Shown here: positions 1 through 14,969 of the stretch, in pieces | Numbering within the stretch: the stretch's first letter is position 1 | How the letters are laid out: every line of letters begins with the position of its first letter | Origin: Neocallimastix sp. 'constans' | Taxonomy: Eukaryota | Length of the DNA: 64,000 bases | Assembly: GCA_050613775.1 (NCBI GenBank) | Contig: JBODTK010000115.1 | Location: 186,001 to 250,000, forward strand | Reading direction: 5' to 3' | Notes under the pieces: model-generated | What the model saw: the letters and a program-made list of their open reading frames with translations, nothing else | What the model was told of the DNA's origin: nothing | Databases searched by the model: none | Program-made: the position numbers and the translations under genes

Positions 1-120
1 ATAATGAAAAGATGAATTATTAATGATCATAATTTAACAAAAGTTATATATAATATGTATTATTAAAATATATTAAACAATTTAATTTATATACTAATAA
101 TTAATATTTGAATATTATAG

Positions 121-2453
121 GGGACGAGTTCTGAACAGGATAGTCGATTCAGTGATAAAACTAAAAAACAATTAAAAAATATGCATTTTCCTTCAATATT
201 TAATAAAAAGGTATTCATTTTATATTATTAAATGAAAGTATAATTGTAAATTATTTTATTAATATATATATATATTTATATTAATAAATAAAATATTAAA
301 GGTAAATTTAAAAAAGGTTAATATGGATACAATTCAACAGTGGATTAGGAAAAAAGTTATTGAAATCTTGGGAATGGAAGATGATGTATTAATTAATTAT
401 ATATATGAAACATTAGAAGAATCTCCTGTAAATTTTAATTTTGTTATATTTTAATTTATTATTTTTAAAATTTTTTAAATATTAAATTATTAGATTTTGA
501 ATAATAATAATTTAAAAAAAAAATATATATATATATATATAGTATTAAATTTCAAATTTATATTTTATAAAAGACCCCTGATCCAAAATTACTTCAATTA
601 AATTTAACAGGATTTCTTGAAAAAAATACAGCTTCATTTGTTCATGATCTCTGGAAGCTCCTGCTTAGTGCGCAAGAAAATATTAGTGGTATCCCTAAAG
701 AATTTATTGATGAAAAAATAAAAGAAATTCAAAAAAAAGAAGTAAATAATAATAAAAATAATTATTAATAATAAAATTAGTATAATGATAAAATCATTAT
801 TATTATTATTTTATAAAATTTTAAATATAATAGTATTAAATTTACTTCATTATATATTATAGTTATAAAATTATAACAATTATTAATGTAATTAATATAA
901 TTTGATTAATAATTTTTTTTTCTTTTTATTTTATTTTATTTTATTTTATTTTATTTTATTTTATTTTATTTTATTTTATTTTTTTTTTTTTTAAATATTT
1001 AATAGGCTGAAAGATTACGAATAGCCAATGAATTAAAACTAAAACGAGAGAAAGAAGAAAATGAAAGGAAAGAATTAGAAAAAATTAGAGAGAAAGAAAG
1101 AAAAGTAATAATAAAATAGATATTCATACAGATAAAAATGTAATAATATTTTATAAAAATTAATTATTAATTATTAATTATTATTATTATTATTATTTTT
1201 ATTTTCAATATCGTTATTTTATTTTATTTATATATAATTATATATTTTTTCTTCATTTATAATTGTTATTCTATGATTATTATTATCGATATAATTAAAT
1301 AATCCTTTTTAACAATATGTTAATATACAAAAAGGAAAGAGAAGAACAACGAAGAAATAGAGAAAAAAGGATTAGAAGTAGAAGTAGAAGTAGGAGTAGG
1401 AGTAGGAGTAGGAGTAGAAGCTATGATCGTGATCGTAAACGTAGACATAGATATAGTAGAAGTCGTAGTCGTGATTATAGTCGTAGTAGACGTCATGATG
1501 ATCATAAAAGATATACCAGTCATCATCGTCATCATAGAAGTAGATCACGCGATCATCATAATGAACGTAGTAGAGAATCAAAAGAAAAAAAGGAAAATAA
1601 TAGAGATAAAGATATTAAAGAAGATAAAGATAAAAAAGAGATAAATGAAAAAGAAGTAAACAAAAAAGAAGAAAATGAGAAAAAAGAAGAAATAAATAAT
1701 AAAGAAAATATGACAATAGATGATATTGATGAAGATGAATTAAGCCTTGAAGAAAATGAATTATATAAAAATGATGAAGAAGAAGATGGTAGTGATTTAG
1801 GAGGTGATATGGATTTAATTAATGAAGATTTAACAGAAAAGCAATTGATTATGGATAATGATAATAAACAAAAGAATAAAGAAGAAGATGAAGAAATGAA
1901 GGATACAAGTGATAACGAACAAAATAATTCTGATGATGATAAAGATAATAGTAATAATGAAAAAAATAGAGTTCAAAGTCACGAACGTGGTAGTCGTCGT
2001 AATCATAGTCGTAATAGAAATAAAAGTAGAAGTTATAGTCGTAGTCATACTCGTAGTCGTAGTCGTAGTCGTTCAAGAAGATCATCTAGTAAAATTAGAA
2101 GTAGTAGACATCATAGTAATCGTTCAAAATCTAGATCATCAAGATCAAAATATTCAAAATCAAGGAATGAATCAAAAAATAGAAGTCGTAGTAGAAGTGA
2201 AAGCAGAAATCATCATCATAGTCGCCATAGTCGAAGACATCACCATCATAGATCATCAAGAAGAAATGATGATGATGATGATGATGATAGAAAAAAATCA
2301 AGTAGAAAAAGTAAAGAAGAGGTTGAAAATAAAGATAAAAAAGAATCATCAAAAAATCAAGAACTGGATTCAGATGAAGAAATATCAGATAATGAAAAAG
2401 ATTCAAAAAATGATAAAAAAGAAAAATCTGAGTCTGAATCGGAATCGGAATAA
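121..2453 (+). CDS. SRRM1: PWI-domain, RS-rich splicing coactivator (SRm160/SRRM1-like); first exon lies upstream of the window
   Basis: GT-AG exons 121-210, 302-427, 574-741, 1006-~1104 and 1335-2453 splice to GTSSEQDSRF...VNMDTIQQWIRKKVIEILGMEDDVLINYI...PDPKLLQLNLTGFLEKN...LWKLLLSAQENISGIP (PWI domain), followed by RS/RD repeats. Confidence 0.93.
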
Positions 2454-2468
2454 ATTTGAAGATAATTT

Positions 2469-2512
<44 letters not shown>

Positions 2513-2812
2513 TAATTTTATAATAATAATCAATTTAAAGATTTATTTTTAATTATTTTATTTTATATCATTTCAATAATAAGCAACTTTTATTTATTTA
2601 TTTATTTTATTATTTTATTTTTAATTATTTAATCATAGAATTTTAATATAAATTATCAAGTATTAAATTTTAATTATAATATTTTTATAATCATAAATTA
2701 TATTAATAAAAAAAAATATCTTATTCTTATTTTCTTATTCTTATTATTTTTATTTATTTTGTAATAATAATATAAATATTATAAACATTAATGATATGCA
2801 TTATTATTATTA

Positions 2813-2844
<32 letters not shown>

Positions 2845-3299
2845 AATATTAGTAATTATGATAGTATACTAAAAGTAAAAATAAAAAAATTTTAATAAGA
2901 ATAATTATAATCGTGCTTCACAATTTAAATAATACGATTAAATAATAATATTTTTTTTTTTTTTTTTCAAAAACAATTTATCTGGCAATTGAGAATACTA
3001 AAATATCAAATTTTAATTTCAATAAAGGGTCTCTAGTATGAGAATGTATAATTTTTTCTTTTATATACGTTTAAGGGTGTTTTTCCCTATTAAATTAACA
3101 TTTTTTATATTTTTTGGAGTTTTATTTAACTTGCAATAACTTCCTTTTATTAACGATTTTATTTTTATTTTTATTTTTATTTTTTTTTTTTTATGAGTTT
3201 CTTCAATTTTTCAATTAGTTTTATTGGTTTTCCTAAAATTGACAAAATGAGTAGCTTTTATTATAATTTAAAATTCAATAATTTTTTTTTTTTTTTTTT

Positions 3300-3825
3300 T
3301 CTTTTTTTCTTTTATGACATAATATTGTTTCCGGCAAACGATTCTTTTGCTAAGAATTTTTGTCTTATTAGAGTCAGATGAAAACTCTTAATCTGTTAAG
3401 AGTCATGAAATTTATGGTTTATAATTATATCAATTTTATTATAATAATTTATGATAAAGAGTTATTAGCACTTATTTATTCTAAATTGAATTCTTTTATA
3501 TTAGTACATTGTGGTATATATATTATTATTTATTTTACAATATGTTTCAATAAATTTGAAAAACTAATTTTTCATACATTTTACATATTCTAACAATATA
3601 TAATATATGTGTATATAACTTTTTTTTTTTTTTTTTATAATAAAATTTTATAATATTATTAAAGTATTCATCTTATGTCCTTGAGTATACCACTTATATC
3701 GTTTGACTTGAAAATACTTTCCTATATCTTCGCTAAAAATATAGTAAAGTATTTATGAAGCTTTGAAACACAGCTGAGGCATTAGTTAAACTAAATGGCA
3801 TAATTAATGCAGTAGTAGTTTTTCT

Positions 3826-3863
<38 letters not shown>

Positions 3864-4143
3864 GCACGATCCAAAAATTTAGATCCTAGTACTGCAGTTC
3901 GTGGCATGGCTTCTGTTAATCCACACTTGATTTCGTACTCATATCACTTTAGTACGTTCGTTCCTTCATCAATCAGCTTTATTTTGATGTTGAAGTTTTC
4001 CGTAAGTTTGGGGGGATTAATACTTTACCAACAACAGTTACGAATGAAGGCGGTTGATCTAATATTTGTAAACCCTAATTCTACAGCATAGCTACGGGAA
4101 CATCAAATTAATCTCTGAGAGAGCCAGTATCGTATAACACACT

Positions 4144-4175
<32 letters not shown>

Positions 4176-4520
4176 TTTTGGCTTGTCCTTTAATTGCGGA
4201 TTGTCGCCTTTGATATGAAATTTGTACTCAATGAGTTTTTATTCGCTTAAGACATAAAGTGTTGAATTGAACAACATGATATTACTACTAGTAAGGTTTT
4301 CCTTGAAGGAGCTTTTTTTTGTTTAACATTCTTGGTATTTTCCTTCTTCCAATTCCTCTTATTATTTTTCACTTTGGTTTTTTTTGTTCTTTATAGAAGT
4401 GTTGGTCTAATTCGTTTCGTTATTAGATCCCTTTTTTATCATATTACTACCACTACTCTGCCTTCTTCTCTTCTTTCAATATCTTTGGATGATCTTTCTT
4501 GGATCCAGTATTCCTAGTAA
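3300..4520 (-). mobile_element. Degraded Ty3/gypsy-type LTR retrotransposon remnant (retropepsin aspartic protease fragment)
   Basis: Minus strand reads VLYDTGS (4140-4120), a frameshift into INLMFP, then AVLGSKFLD (~3895-3869). These resemble the D-T-G and ILG.DFL retropepsin motifs. Stops, frameshifts and poly-T insertions interrupt it. Boundaries approximate. Confidence 0.65.
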
Positions 4521-4561
4521 CGTCATTATAGCTATCTTTCCTTAATACTTCAAGATTATAA

Positions 4562-4750
4562 TTTATCAAGTACACCTATATATAATAATTAATCACTAAA
4601 ACTACAAAGCAAAAATATATAAAAGTTAGGATTAATCTATAAAGCAGGTTATAACTGAAAGTGACGTAAATTTCAATATATAAGAGGTATTTGGTATTCA
4701 CAAAATGAGATAGTATGATGATTACCCTTCAAGAGAAAGTGTTTCCATCA
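4562..4750 (+). repeat. Dispersed degenerate repeat, copy 1 (copy 2 at ~21386-21560)
   Basis: Colinear shared blocks tttatcaagtac, aaaacta.aaagc.aaaatatataaaa, tgaaagtga, taagaggtatt, gtttccatca. Confidence 0.7.
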
Positions 4751-5015
4751 TATATATGAAATATATAAATCATATAGTATAAGAGATATTTTAGATGCAT
4801 TTAATATCAATGATGTAATAATATTTACAAATATAATTTAAGGGGGAAATTATATAGAATAATTTTATAAAATAGAATAATTATATACAATTCATACATT
4901 CACTTAAAAACTAAATTATATGCATTGAAATAGTTAGGTTTTTAGGGGGAATGATAGAATATGAAAATTATGCATGTACATTAAGTCAACGAAATTTGAG
5001 AAAAAAATAAAAAAA

Positions 5016-5066
<51 letters not shown>

Positions 5067-5073
5067 AAAAATA

Positions 5074-5400
5074 TGGTAATAACCTCAATAATATTAAGAA
5101 GCTTAAGGGAAATCTAGAAGAAGCTGAGAAAAATGATACCATTACACGTGTCATCATTTGTACCAATGTCTCCAAAGGAAACCAAGTTTACATTGAAAAT
5201 CTTCACTATGTCATGAAGAAACTAAGAAGCCTATATGGAAAAAGAAAGATGTAAATCACTGGTTAAGGAAACTTTACTCTCTAAAGCTTAAAAATCTATC
5301 TGAATGAAATGATGTTTATTAATCAAATTAACGAAAATATTTAGTGACATAATGCTGAGTAACTTGGAGAACTTAAGGATATTATACTTATCTGAAAGTT
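5074..5400 (+). mobile_element. Probable Ty1/copia gag (UBN2-like) remnant
   Basis: Reads EKNDTITRVIICTNVSKGNQVYIENLHYVMKKLRSLYG then WLRKLYSLK, resembling the copia Gag helical pattern; disrupted by stops. Confidence 0.45.
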
Positions 5401-5659
5401 AAAACTTTTTAATATGTTAATTTATATATAAACTTTATTTATTATTTTATTAATGTTATTAATGTTTATTAATGTTTATTAATGTTTATTAATGTTTATT
5501 AATGTTTATCAGTTTACAATAATTTTGGAAATTACATTTCTTTTAAAGTATTTGTGGCTTGATTAAAATGTATTGAAAATATTTGACATGTATAGAATAA
5601 TTTCTCTTATTTATTAAATTATTACAAATAATGAGAATTTTAATACAATGAATTTCAAA

Positions 5660-6140
5660 AATAGATTTTGTTATATTTAAACAATATCAATAATCATTTA
5701 AATTTATATATTTATATATATATATATATATTTTATAAATTTTATTTTATATATTGTAGTACTCTAATTTGTTATATTTTTCATTCAGTAATAAGGGTTT
5801 TCTTGAAATTTATCAAAATTTATCAATCTTTTCTATTAAAATTACCTTATGTTTTCTTACCTGGTTATTATTAATTTATTTATATATACATAATTTTATA
5901 TTTTTATTTTTTTTTATATATATTAATAAATAAATATTATTTCTACTTTTTTTTTTTTTTTTTTTTTTGATTTTATCAATTCATAAATAAAGTAAATGAA
6001 TTATTAGGAAGTTTGAAAGTCATAATATTCCATTAAGAATGAAAGAATATATAAATAAAATATTCGAAATACCAAAGGATCATTTATGCCATTCCATAAT
6101 AAAATTGTTCATGATATAGCTGGACATACATTATATAGGG
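5660..6140 (+). pseudogene. Collapsed paralog relic of the downstream TmcB-like gene
   Basis: 5758-5870 resembles exon 3 (7914-8027; agtaataa.gg.tt.cttgaaatt...ttacctggtt). 5985-6135 resembles the penultimate exon (14480-14655; ttccataataaaat.gttcatgatat.gctggacatacatt). Both are frameshifted. Confidence 0.85.
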
Positions 6141-6151
6141 AAAAATTATTT

Positions 6152-6183
<32 letters not shown>

Positions 6184-6604
6184 AAATAAAAAAATAAATA
6201 AAAAATTAAAAACATGATATCCTAAAATATACATTTATTATTCATATTCTAATTTAATATTTTATTGTTTTTATTGTGTATTAACTAAAAAAAAAATTAA
6301 AAAGTTTAATATAACTAATATTATTTTTAATAATTTATTCTTAGTAATACTTATTGAATAATAATTAGATTTAATTTAACAAAGAATTCCTGTTTCAATA
6401 AAGATATTATTAATATAATAAATTTAAAATTATGTGTCATTAATACATTAATGACACTGATATGAAATAGAAATAAAAACTCTAATTAAAAATAAATTTA
6501 TGTTAATTAAGAAATGTAGTAAAAGCATAAATTTATGTATTAATCTAGTTTTTATTGTATTTATTAATCTATTTTTTATTAGTAATCCATAGTTTATATA
6601 GTAA

Positions 6605-6639
<35 letters not shown>

Positions 6640-6654
6640 ACTATTATATTTAGT

Positions 6655-6897
6655 TTATTTTTTTTTTTTAAAATTTAAATTTTAATTTAATATTAGTATA
6701 AATTATAGATATAAAATAATATATGTATTATATAAAAATATAATATATTTTTAGATAGTTTACAAATTAAATTTTTATTTTTTTTTTTAAAATTTAAATT
6801 TTAATTTAATATTAGTATAAATTATAGATATAAAATAATATATGTATTATATAAAAATATAATATATTTTTAGATAGTTTACAAATTAAATTTTTAA
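6655..6897. repeat. Near-perfect direct tandem duplication, unit ~119 bp x2
   Basis: aaatttaaattttaatttaatattagtataaattatagat...gatagtttacaaattaaattttta occurs at ~6671 and ~6790. Confidence 0.9.
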
Positions 6898-7327
6898 GTT
6901 AATATTTTATAATTTAGTTAATTATCCTAATATTTTATAAATCCTTAAATTAAAAGAGAACTTTAATTATTATATCAATATTTAATTATCCGAATATTAT
7001 TTAAATTTAATTATTACAAAAAATATCAAAAAATATTACTTTTTTCTATTTTAATTATTTTTTATTATATAATTTTTTTCTTGGAAAAAAAATATATTGT
7101 CATCATAAATCCATAGTTTTCAAAATACTAATATGATTATTTATTTAATTAAGCATAATTAGTTTAAATGTATTAAATAAACTTTAAAAATTTTATTTCA
7201 AATCTTGTATAATTTTCTTATAAAATATTTACTTTTTTTTATTTTTTTCATGTGAGTTTATTAAAGAACATATTAATTAAAAAAATTATAATTAATTCTT
7301 TATTAATATTAATATTTATGATATTAA

Positions 7328-7366
<39 letters not shown>

Positions 7367-7466
7367 AACATTATTATGAAGGATTAATTTTTTTTTTTTT
7401 TTTTTAATTCAAATTATTTTATGATACATCGCTATTAATTTTATCATAAAGAAGTAAAAAAAAAAA

Positions 7467-7588
7467 ATGTCGGAAGAAAAAGAAAAATTGGATGAAAATG
7501 AGAATTCAAACACAAATCCAAAATTCAATGCAATATCTGAGCTGAATCTAAATAAGTATACTGTAAAAATTAAAATAATACTATTATT

Positions 7589-7625
<37 letters not shown>

Positions 7626-7818
7626 AAATATTATTAGACTGTTCATGACATAATAAAACAATTATTAACTATTTTTTTTTCTTTATGATAAATAAAAAGA
7701 TTAGTATATTTAAATTTTATTCAACAATCGGAACTTATAATAACAGCAATATACTTAAAAAATTAGAAAATTATTTTTTCATCATAGAAAGTAATAATAC
7801 TTTTATTTAGAGATATAA

Positions 7819-7866
<48 letters not shown>

Positions 7867-10800
7867 GCTTTTAATATATATATTAATTTAAAATTCTAAA
7901 TAAATATTTTTAGTATGTCAATTAATAATATTTTTCTTTAGTAATAAAGGATTCCTTGAAATTCCCGGAAATTTATCTGTAATTCTAAATATTTTTTTAT
8001 TAAAATTCCCATTTGAATCTTTACCTGGTTAATATTATTAATGATTATATAATTATATATAAATTTAAAATATATAATTTATATCTAATTATATTTATAT
8101 TTTTATCAAAATTTAAAAGTTATAATTAATATTATATCTTGGATTCTTCTTTTAATTATATATGGAAGCTTCTGTGATTATATATTTTTATTTCATTAAA
8201 TAATAAATATAATATAATATAAGTTAATATCATTTTAATACTTTTTTTTTTTTTTTTTTATAAAGTTATATATGCATTTGGAGGCGCGAATTCCTTTAGG
8301 TAATTTATTTATAATAAGTTATATTAAATATTTGTTGATTATATATAATAATTATTAATATTTAAATAAATATATTACTAAATATTAATAGAAAGGTTCC
8401 AGATTTAGTTATAAATGTAATTTCCAAATTATTTAAAAATGACTATATATCATAGTATTATTTTTATAATAGGCATTACAATTTTTATTAATGCATATAA
8501 TATTTGTTGAAATTTAACTAAAAACAAAAAAAAACAAAAAAAAAAAAAAAAAAAAAAATAAAAAAATTATTTTACTATTTAACAATTTAAATTACTGCAT
8601 ATTAAAACATATTGAAATTTAACTACAAAAAATATCAAATTAAAACTATATACTTTAGATTAATGTATATATTTCAAAATTTATGTTTGGGTAATTTTTT
8701 TAATATGGAAATATAAATTTTTTTTTTCTGAAATATATTTTTATATAAATTAATCATGTTTTTGTACTCATATAAATATATTGTTTTAATATAATAGTCC
8801 CCTTTTTATACCATGTAAGTATAATATAAAAATTAAAAATTAATTCAATGTATTTATACTATGTTAATAATAACACATTTTATTATCTATTTTATATAGT
8901 TTTATGTAGTTATTTTGAAGTTATAAATAAAAAGCGTGAATATGATTTTATGTCGAATATAACAAATAATACTTTAATAATGTAAATATATATATATATA
9001 TATTTATTTTTTTATTTTTACAAAAGATATTAATTAAATTTAATAAATATATTTTTTAAATATTTATATAGGAACATAGAAGCTATCCTTGGAGTTATAT
9101 TATTATTCATTCATTCAATTATTGTAATTTAAAAAATAAAAAAAAAAAAAAAAAAAAAAATAATAATAAAAATAATAAAAATAATTTTTTTTTTTATAAA
9201 TTATAGTAATAATACTAATAATAATATTAAATAATAATAAATTAAATTTTAATGAAAAATAATTAATTTTATAAATAAATTAATAGAATTCATGGTATTT
9301 AGTAGATTTTGTTCCATTATGTAAAAAATTAAAAGAAATGTCAAGTGGGGAAATACAAAATATTCAAAATTTTGTAATTATCATAGAGGTATTACAAGAT
9401 TTTATTTATTTAAATATTGAGATAGTTGATGAAGAAATATTTATATAATATTATTCAATTTAAAATTCAATATTAATTATATATAATATATAATATAATA
9501 TTAACAGTTAGTGAATGATGAATTATTAATTGATAAATGGGATTATCCTACTATATCATTATTAATTTCAATTATATCTTTGCTCTATCTATGGTTTACT
9601 CATTTAAAAAGTCAACCATTTTATAATATGAAGTTAAATAATATTTATGAATCTCTATATTTTTCGCTTTTTTCATTAAATATTGAAATAATGATAATGT
9701 GGTTTTTGAATCTCAATAAAAAAAGGGCTTCTTACATATTTTGTTTTGTATCTGAAGTAGTATTTTTAGTGATTGGATGGTTTTTAAATATTACACTATA
9801 TAAATATTTTACTAATAAAATTGTTGATAGAATTCAAAAAAAGTATAATCAACAAAATGTAATTCGACAATTAAGAGAACAATTAGAGGAAGAAAATAAT
9901 AAAGATGAAAGTATTAATAAATCATTAGAAACCATTGGTAAATATATAATTTAAAATATTAAATGAAGATAAAGAATAAAAATAATCACTAATTAATTTA
10001 ACAATAATATATTATATTTGATTCAATAATATTAAAAACTAATTAAACGTAGTTACGGAAAAAAGAATAAATAAAAAAATAAAAAGTTTCAAAAAGTATT
10101 CTGAAGCTTCTTATTTGTGCAAATTTATTATGTAAAAATAGCTATATTTGAGTATATGAATTTTAGATAATTATACATATTTCATATGATAATAATATTT
10201 AATATAATAAATCAAAAAAAAAAAAAAAAAAAAAATAAAATAATATAATAGGATCAATCGTTCAGTCGAATCATTTCTTCTTGTTCAAAAACTTTTTAAT
10301 GAATGGTACATTTATATTTAAAAATATATATATAATACATATATCTTAGTTTAATAAAGACTTATTAAAATTATTATAATCTAGTGTAAATGAATATTCC
10401 AGAGAACCTTATGTAATTATAACATATATAATAAATTCAATATAATTGATTTATCTTAGTGTACTAATAATTTTTTTTTTTTATTTTATTTTTATTTTAT
10501 TTTTATTTTATTTTTACTATTTTTTTTAATATTAATAATATAAATAATCTATGATAATTTTAAATTTCTATTAAATAGGTATATATTGAATATTGGAATA
10601 TTTTACATGGAATTAGACTATTTGTATCAAAAAATAGAACATGTTTTGAAGATTATAAATCTATTATTGAATCTATTAATATTTTAGCAGAAAAACTATT
10701 ATTTAGAGTTTCCAATTTAGAAATTAATTATAAAATTAAATTTTTAATTTATTATTCACAGTCTTGCTATGAATTTACTAAATATTTGCTTAATACTAGA

Positions 10801-11826
10801 AGTAATGGCAATAAAAATGGAAAGTAATAATCAATTTATTTTATATTTTATAAATAATTACATTAATAATAATATTTATTTAATTTAAATATTATTAATT
10901 AAATTATTAATAAAAAAATTTTTATATATAATTATAATCACATAAAAAAAAAAAAAAAAAAAAAAAAATATTATTATTTTTATGTAGTGATATGGATATT
11001 GGATTTGATAGTGATATGGTTAGAAATATTGCAATTGGATATCATATAAAGTCTGTTAATTCATTGAAAAATGTAATTATTGAATTAAAAAATTTAGCAA
11101 ACTCTAATGATATAAATTCAGCAATAAATTATAATGAGATCTTAGTTGAAACATTAGAAAAAGCGGAAAAATATTATACAGTATATATTAGTAAATATTC
11201 TTTTTCCAAAGAAGCAATAAAACTATATTCATTATTTATGAGTAATATAATGGTAAATTTGATTTTAATTTGAATATAAAAAAAAATTTATATTAATAAT
11301 AATAATAAGTACTAATCATAATTTATATATATAATTTTAAAAACTACTAAATCTTAATTTTAAATTTATACAACTTATTAATATAGAAAAATTTTGATGT
11401 TGCTGTTTGTATTAATAAATAATTAAATAATTATAATATTCATAATGAATATCACTCAGAATTATATTTATTAATTAATTTTAATTTAAAAATTTTAATT
11501 TATTACATATTAAATAGAATGAATATACAAAAAAATTAGAAGAATATGAAGTATGAAATAGTTTATATATAAATAATTTTTTTAAGAGAAAAGTTTTTCT
11601 TTTAATTAATTATTTGTATTCTAATTTTTTGTCGTATATATTATAACAACAAAAGAAAGATAAAGATGAAATAAATGAGGAACAAAATGGACATGTTGTA
11701 TATGAAAAATCAGAAGCACTATCTTCAATTACTAGTTCAAATGGATCGAAAAGACTTAAAATATTAAAGTAAACTATTTTAATAGTACACATTATACTAT
11801 ATAGAAAATTTAATATATTGAAAAAA

Positions 11827-11868
<42 letters not shown>

Positions 11869-12035
11869 TATTAATACTTATAAATTAAAAGACAAAATAT
11901 GATTGTAAAGTTCCAAAAACCAATTTATATGATGTTTTATGTTATGCAAATATTTGTATTAATTGTAATTATCATAGGAATAGTATGGTAATTAATTTAA
12001 TAAAATTTTAATATTTATTAATATATTGTACCATT

Positions 12036-12066
<31 letters not shown>

Positions 12067-13258
12067 TTAATATGTAATATTCATTAATCTTTTAATAGTA
12101 ATTTTGAAAATAACAAAGCATACATTAATGTTGTTAAAGGAGTAACTGGATTTTCCACTGGATATCAATCTCCATATGTAGTTTCAAGAATTAAATATGA
12201 TGTAAGATTAACATCTATTGGATTAGCTGTTGAGGATCGAGATGTCATCGATACATATATGGATGATTTAGAGTTAAATCTTCAATTTTTAGAAAAAAGT
12301 TATATTCCATTCATTTATTTAAGACATAGCACAAAAAGTTTAGATGTAGATACTATTAAAGTATTCAATAATAATGCAATCAAGGAAGTTAAAAATGAAA
12401 ATTATTTTTCAAATATTTTGAGAATTCAGAAAAATGCAAGATTATATATAGATAAATGTAATATTTTTAAATATAAAACAAGTTTTTAGAATTTATAATA
12501 TATATATATATATATCAAGAATTATTTAATATTAATAATATTTATTAATATAATAATTATAATAATATATTTTAGTTAACAAAACAAGTGGAAATCAATT
12601 ATATAATATGGCTGAAAGAATACCAGTGTAAATATTACCATCTTATTATTATTATTATTTTAATTTTTTACTAATGTAAATAATTATTAATATTATATTA
12701 TTATTTAAAACATTAAATTATAGTTATTTTAAAGGTAACTAATATAAAATATGAATATTAGTATTAGATAATCTAATGATAATAATTATATTAAAATGGT
12801 TTTATTCGACAATATTAATATATTAAATTATAATAATGATAAAAATTGTTTAATTATTATAGATAATACACAAAATAGATTTGGTCCATTATATATGAAA
12901 GCTATTGATTTAGCTAAAGCTGATAATCAAAAAAGATTGAATAAAGAATTAAATTTCGTGTATATTGTTGTAGTAATTATGACGTTTTTCGTAATATTAA
13001 TTAATTTAATTGGTAAGTTTAAGAATTATTATAAAAATAAAAAAGAAAAAAAAAATAATAAAATTATTAATACATACTATATTTTTTGTTTCTAAACTTC
13101 TTTTTCATGATATATAAATTATTTAAAATTAAATTATTATAAATGATATATATATTAATCTATGTATATATGCTAGTTATTATTCCATCTTCTAATAAAT
13201 GCTATAAAACATTAAAAGAAGTAATTAATGTATTCAAATATATTCCAAAAAGTAAACT

Positions 13259-13304
<46 letters not shown>

Positions 13305-14913
13305 TATATATAATTTTCATAAAAAAATGAAATAAAAAATATAAATGAATTTAATTTATTTATTTCTCTTATTTTTCATATTAAAAAAAGATGATCTTGA
13401 TGATGTTATTAATGAATATGAAAATCAGATACAAGAAATAAATAGTATTTATAATAATGAAAATTTACAATTAGTTATTGAAGATGATGATAAAAAAAAG
13501 AAAAAGAAGAATAGTACAAAATTTATTAGATATCAATTTGTATTTTTTTCAGCTATAACAGGAATTCTTTTTATTGTACCATTTTTAAGTATTATGGTAA
13601 ATTTTTATAGCAATTTACAGTTATATTTAATAAAAATAAAATCAAATAAAATATCAAAAAAAAAAAAAAAAAAAAAAAAAAGAAAAAAAAGAATTTTTTA
13701 ACTTTAGTCATTTTTAATAAAATCTATATATTTATTTAATTTATTATAAAGCTATTCAAAGATGAAGTTTTAAATATGCTCACATATTTAGGACAATCTG
13801 TAATTATTAATATAATTTTAGATAAATAAAAATAAATTATATATTGCGTATTTATTATATAAAAATAACTATAAATATTAATATCTTATATTTAATATTT
13901 ATAGTCGAAAAGATTATACTATACAAATAGTGTAGGATTACTTGGATTTGAAGCAATATTTCAAGATACAACTTCCTTTGGAATTAAATTAAAAGCTGAT
14001 TTGATAGAAAAAGCGGATTATTTAAGGGTATACATATAAAATATTAAGCTTAGAAAAAAAAAATTTAATTTTAATTAAAATTATATTTATTTTTTGATAT
14101 ATATAGGATTATGATTCTAAACTTAGATCAGGTGTTTTTGGTGGTACATTGGAAAGTTTTACTCCCTTTAAAGATTATTTGGGAAAACCAGGATGTGTGC
14201 GACCAAAAAGATTAGAAATGCAATGTGAAAAAAGAGAATATGACGATGGTAAATATTTAAAAAAAAAAAAAAAAAAAAAAAAACATTATTTTAGACTAAT
14301 TATTTTCTAAAAAATGTTTTATATAAATTTTATTACTATTATATTCAAAAAATGTATAATTTACATGGATATTTATTATATATATAAACATTCAATAAAT
14401 GAAATATATAAATATACTTTTTTAATTATTTATGTATAATAGAATATACGGAAGAATTGGCAAATTCTTCTCTAAACTATATATTGACAGAATATCTAAA
14501 TAAGTTGAATGAATTTTTGGGAAGTATCGAAACTCATCATATTCCATTGAGTACAAAGGAAAATATTAATAAAGGTTTCCAATTAGCAATGAATCATCCA
14601 TTTATGATTTTCCATAATAAAATAGTTCATGATATTGCTGGACATACATTAAAATATAATGAGATTGGAGGTGATTATTTAGCTGCGAAAACTTATGATT
14701 TCCTAAAATATACGCTCATACTTCATGCTGTTGTTTCAGTACTCCTTATTTTATTATTTTTATTGTTTATTTCTAAAAAAATCAAACATCAACTACATAT
14801 TATGGAAGTAATGACTGATGTTATATTCAGTGTTCCTTTAGCAGTATATGATTCTAATTCTAAACTTAAAAAGTATGTAATTTTTTATAATTATATATAT
14901 TATTATTATAATT

Positions 14914-14969
<56 letters not shown>

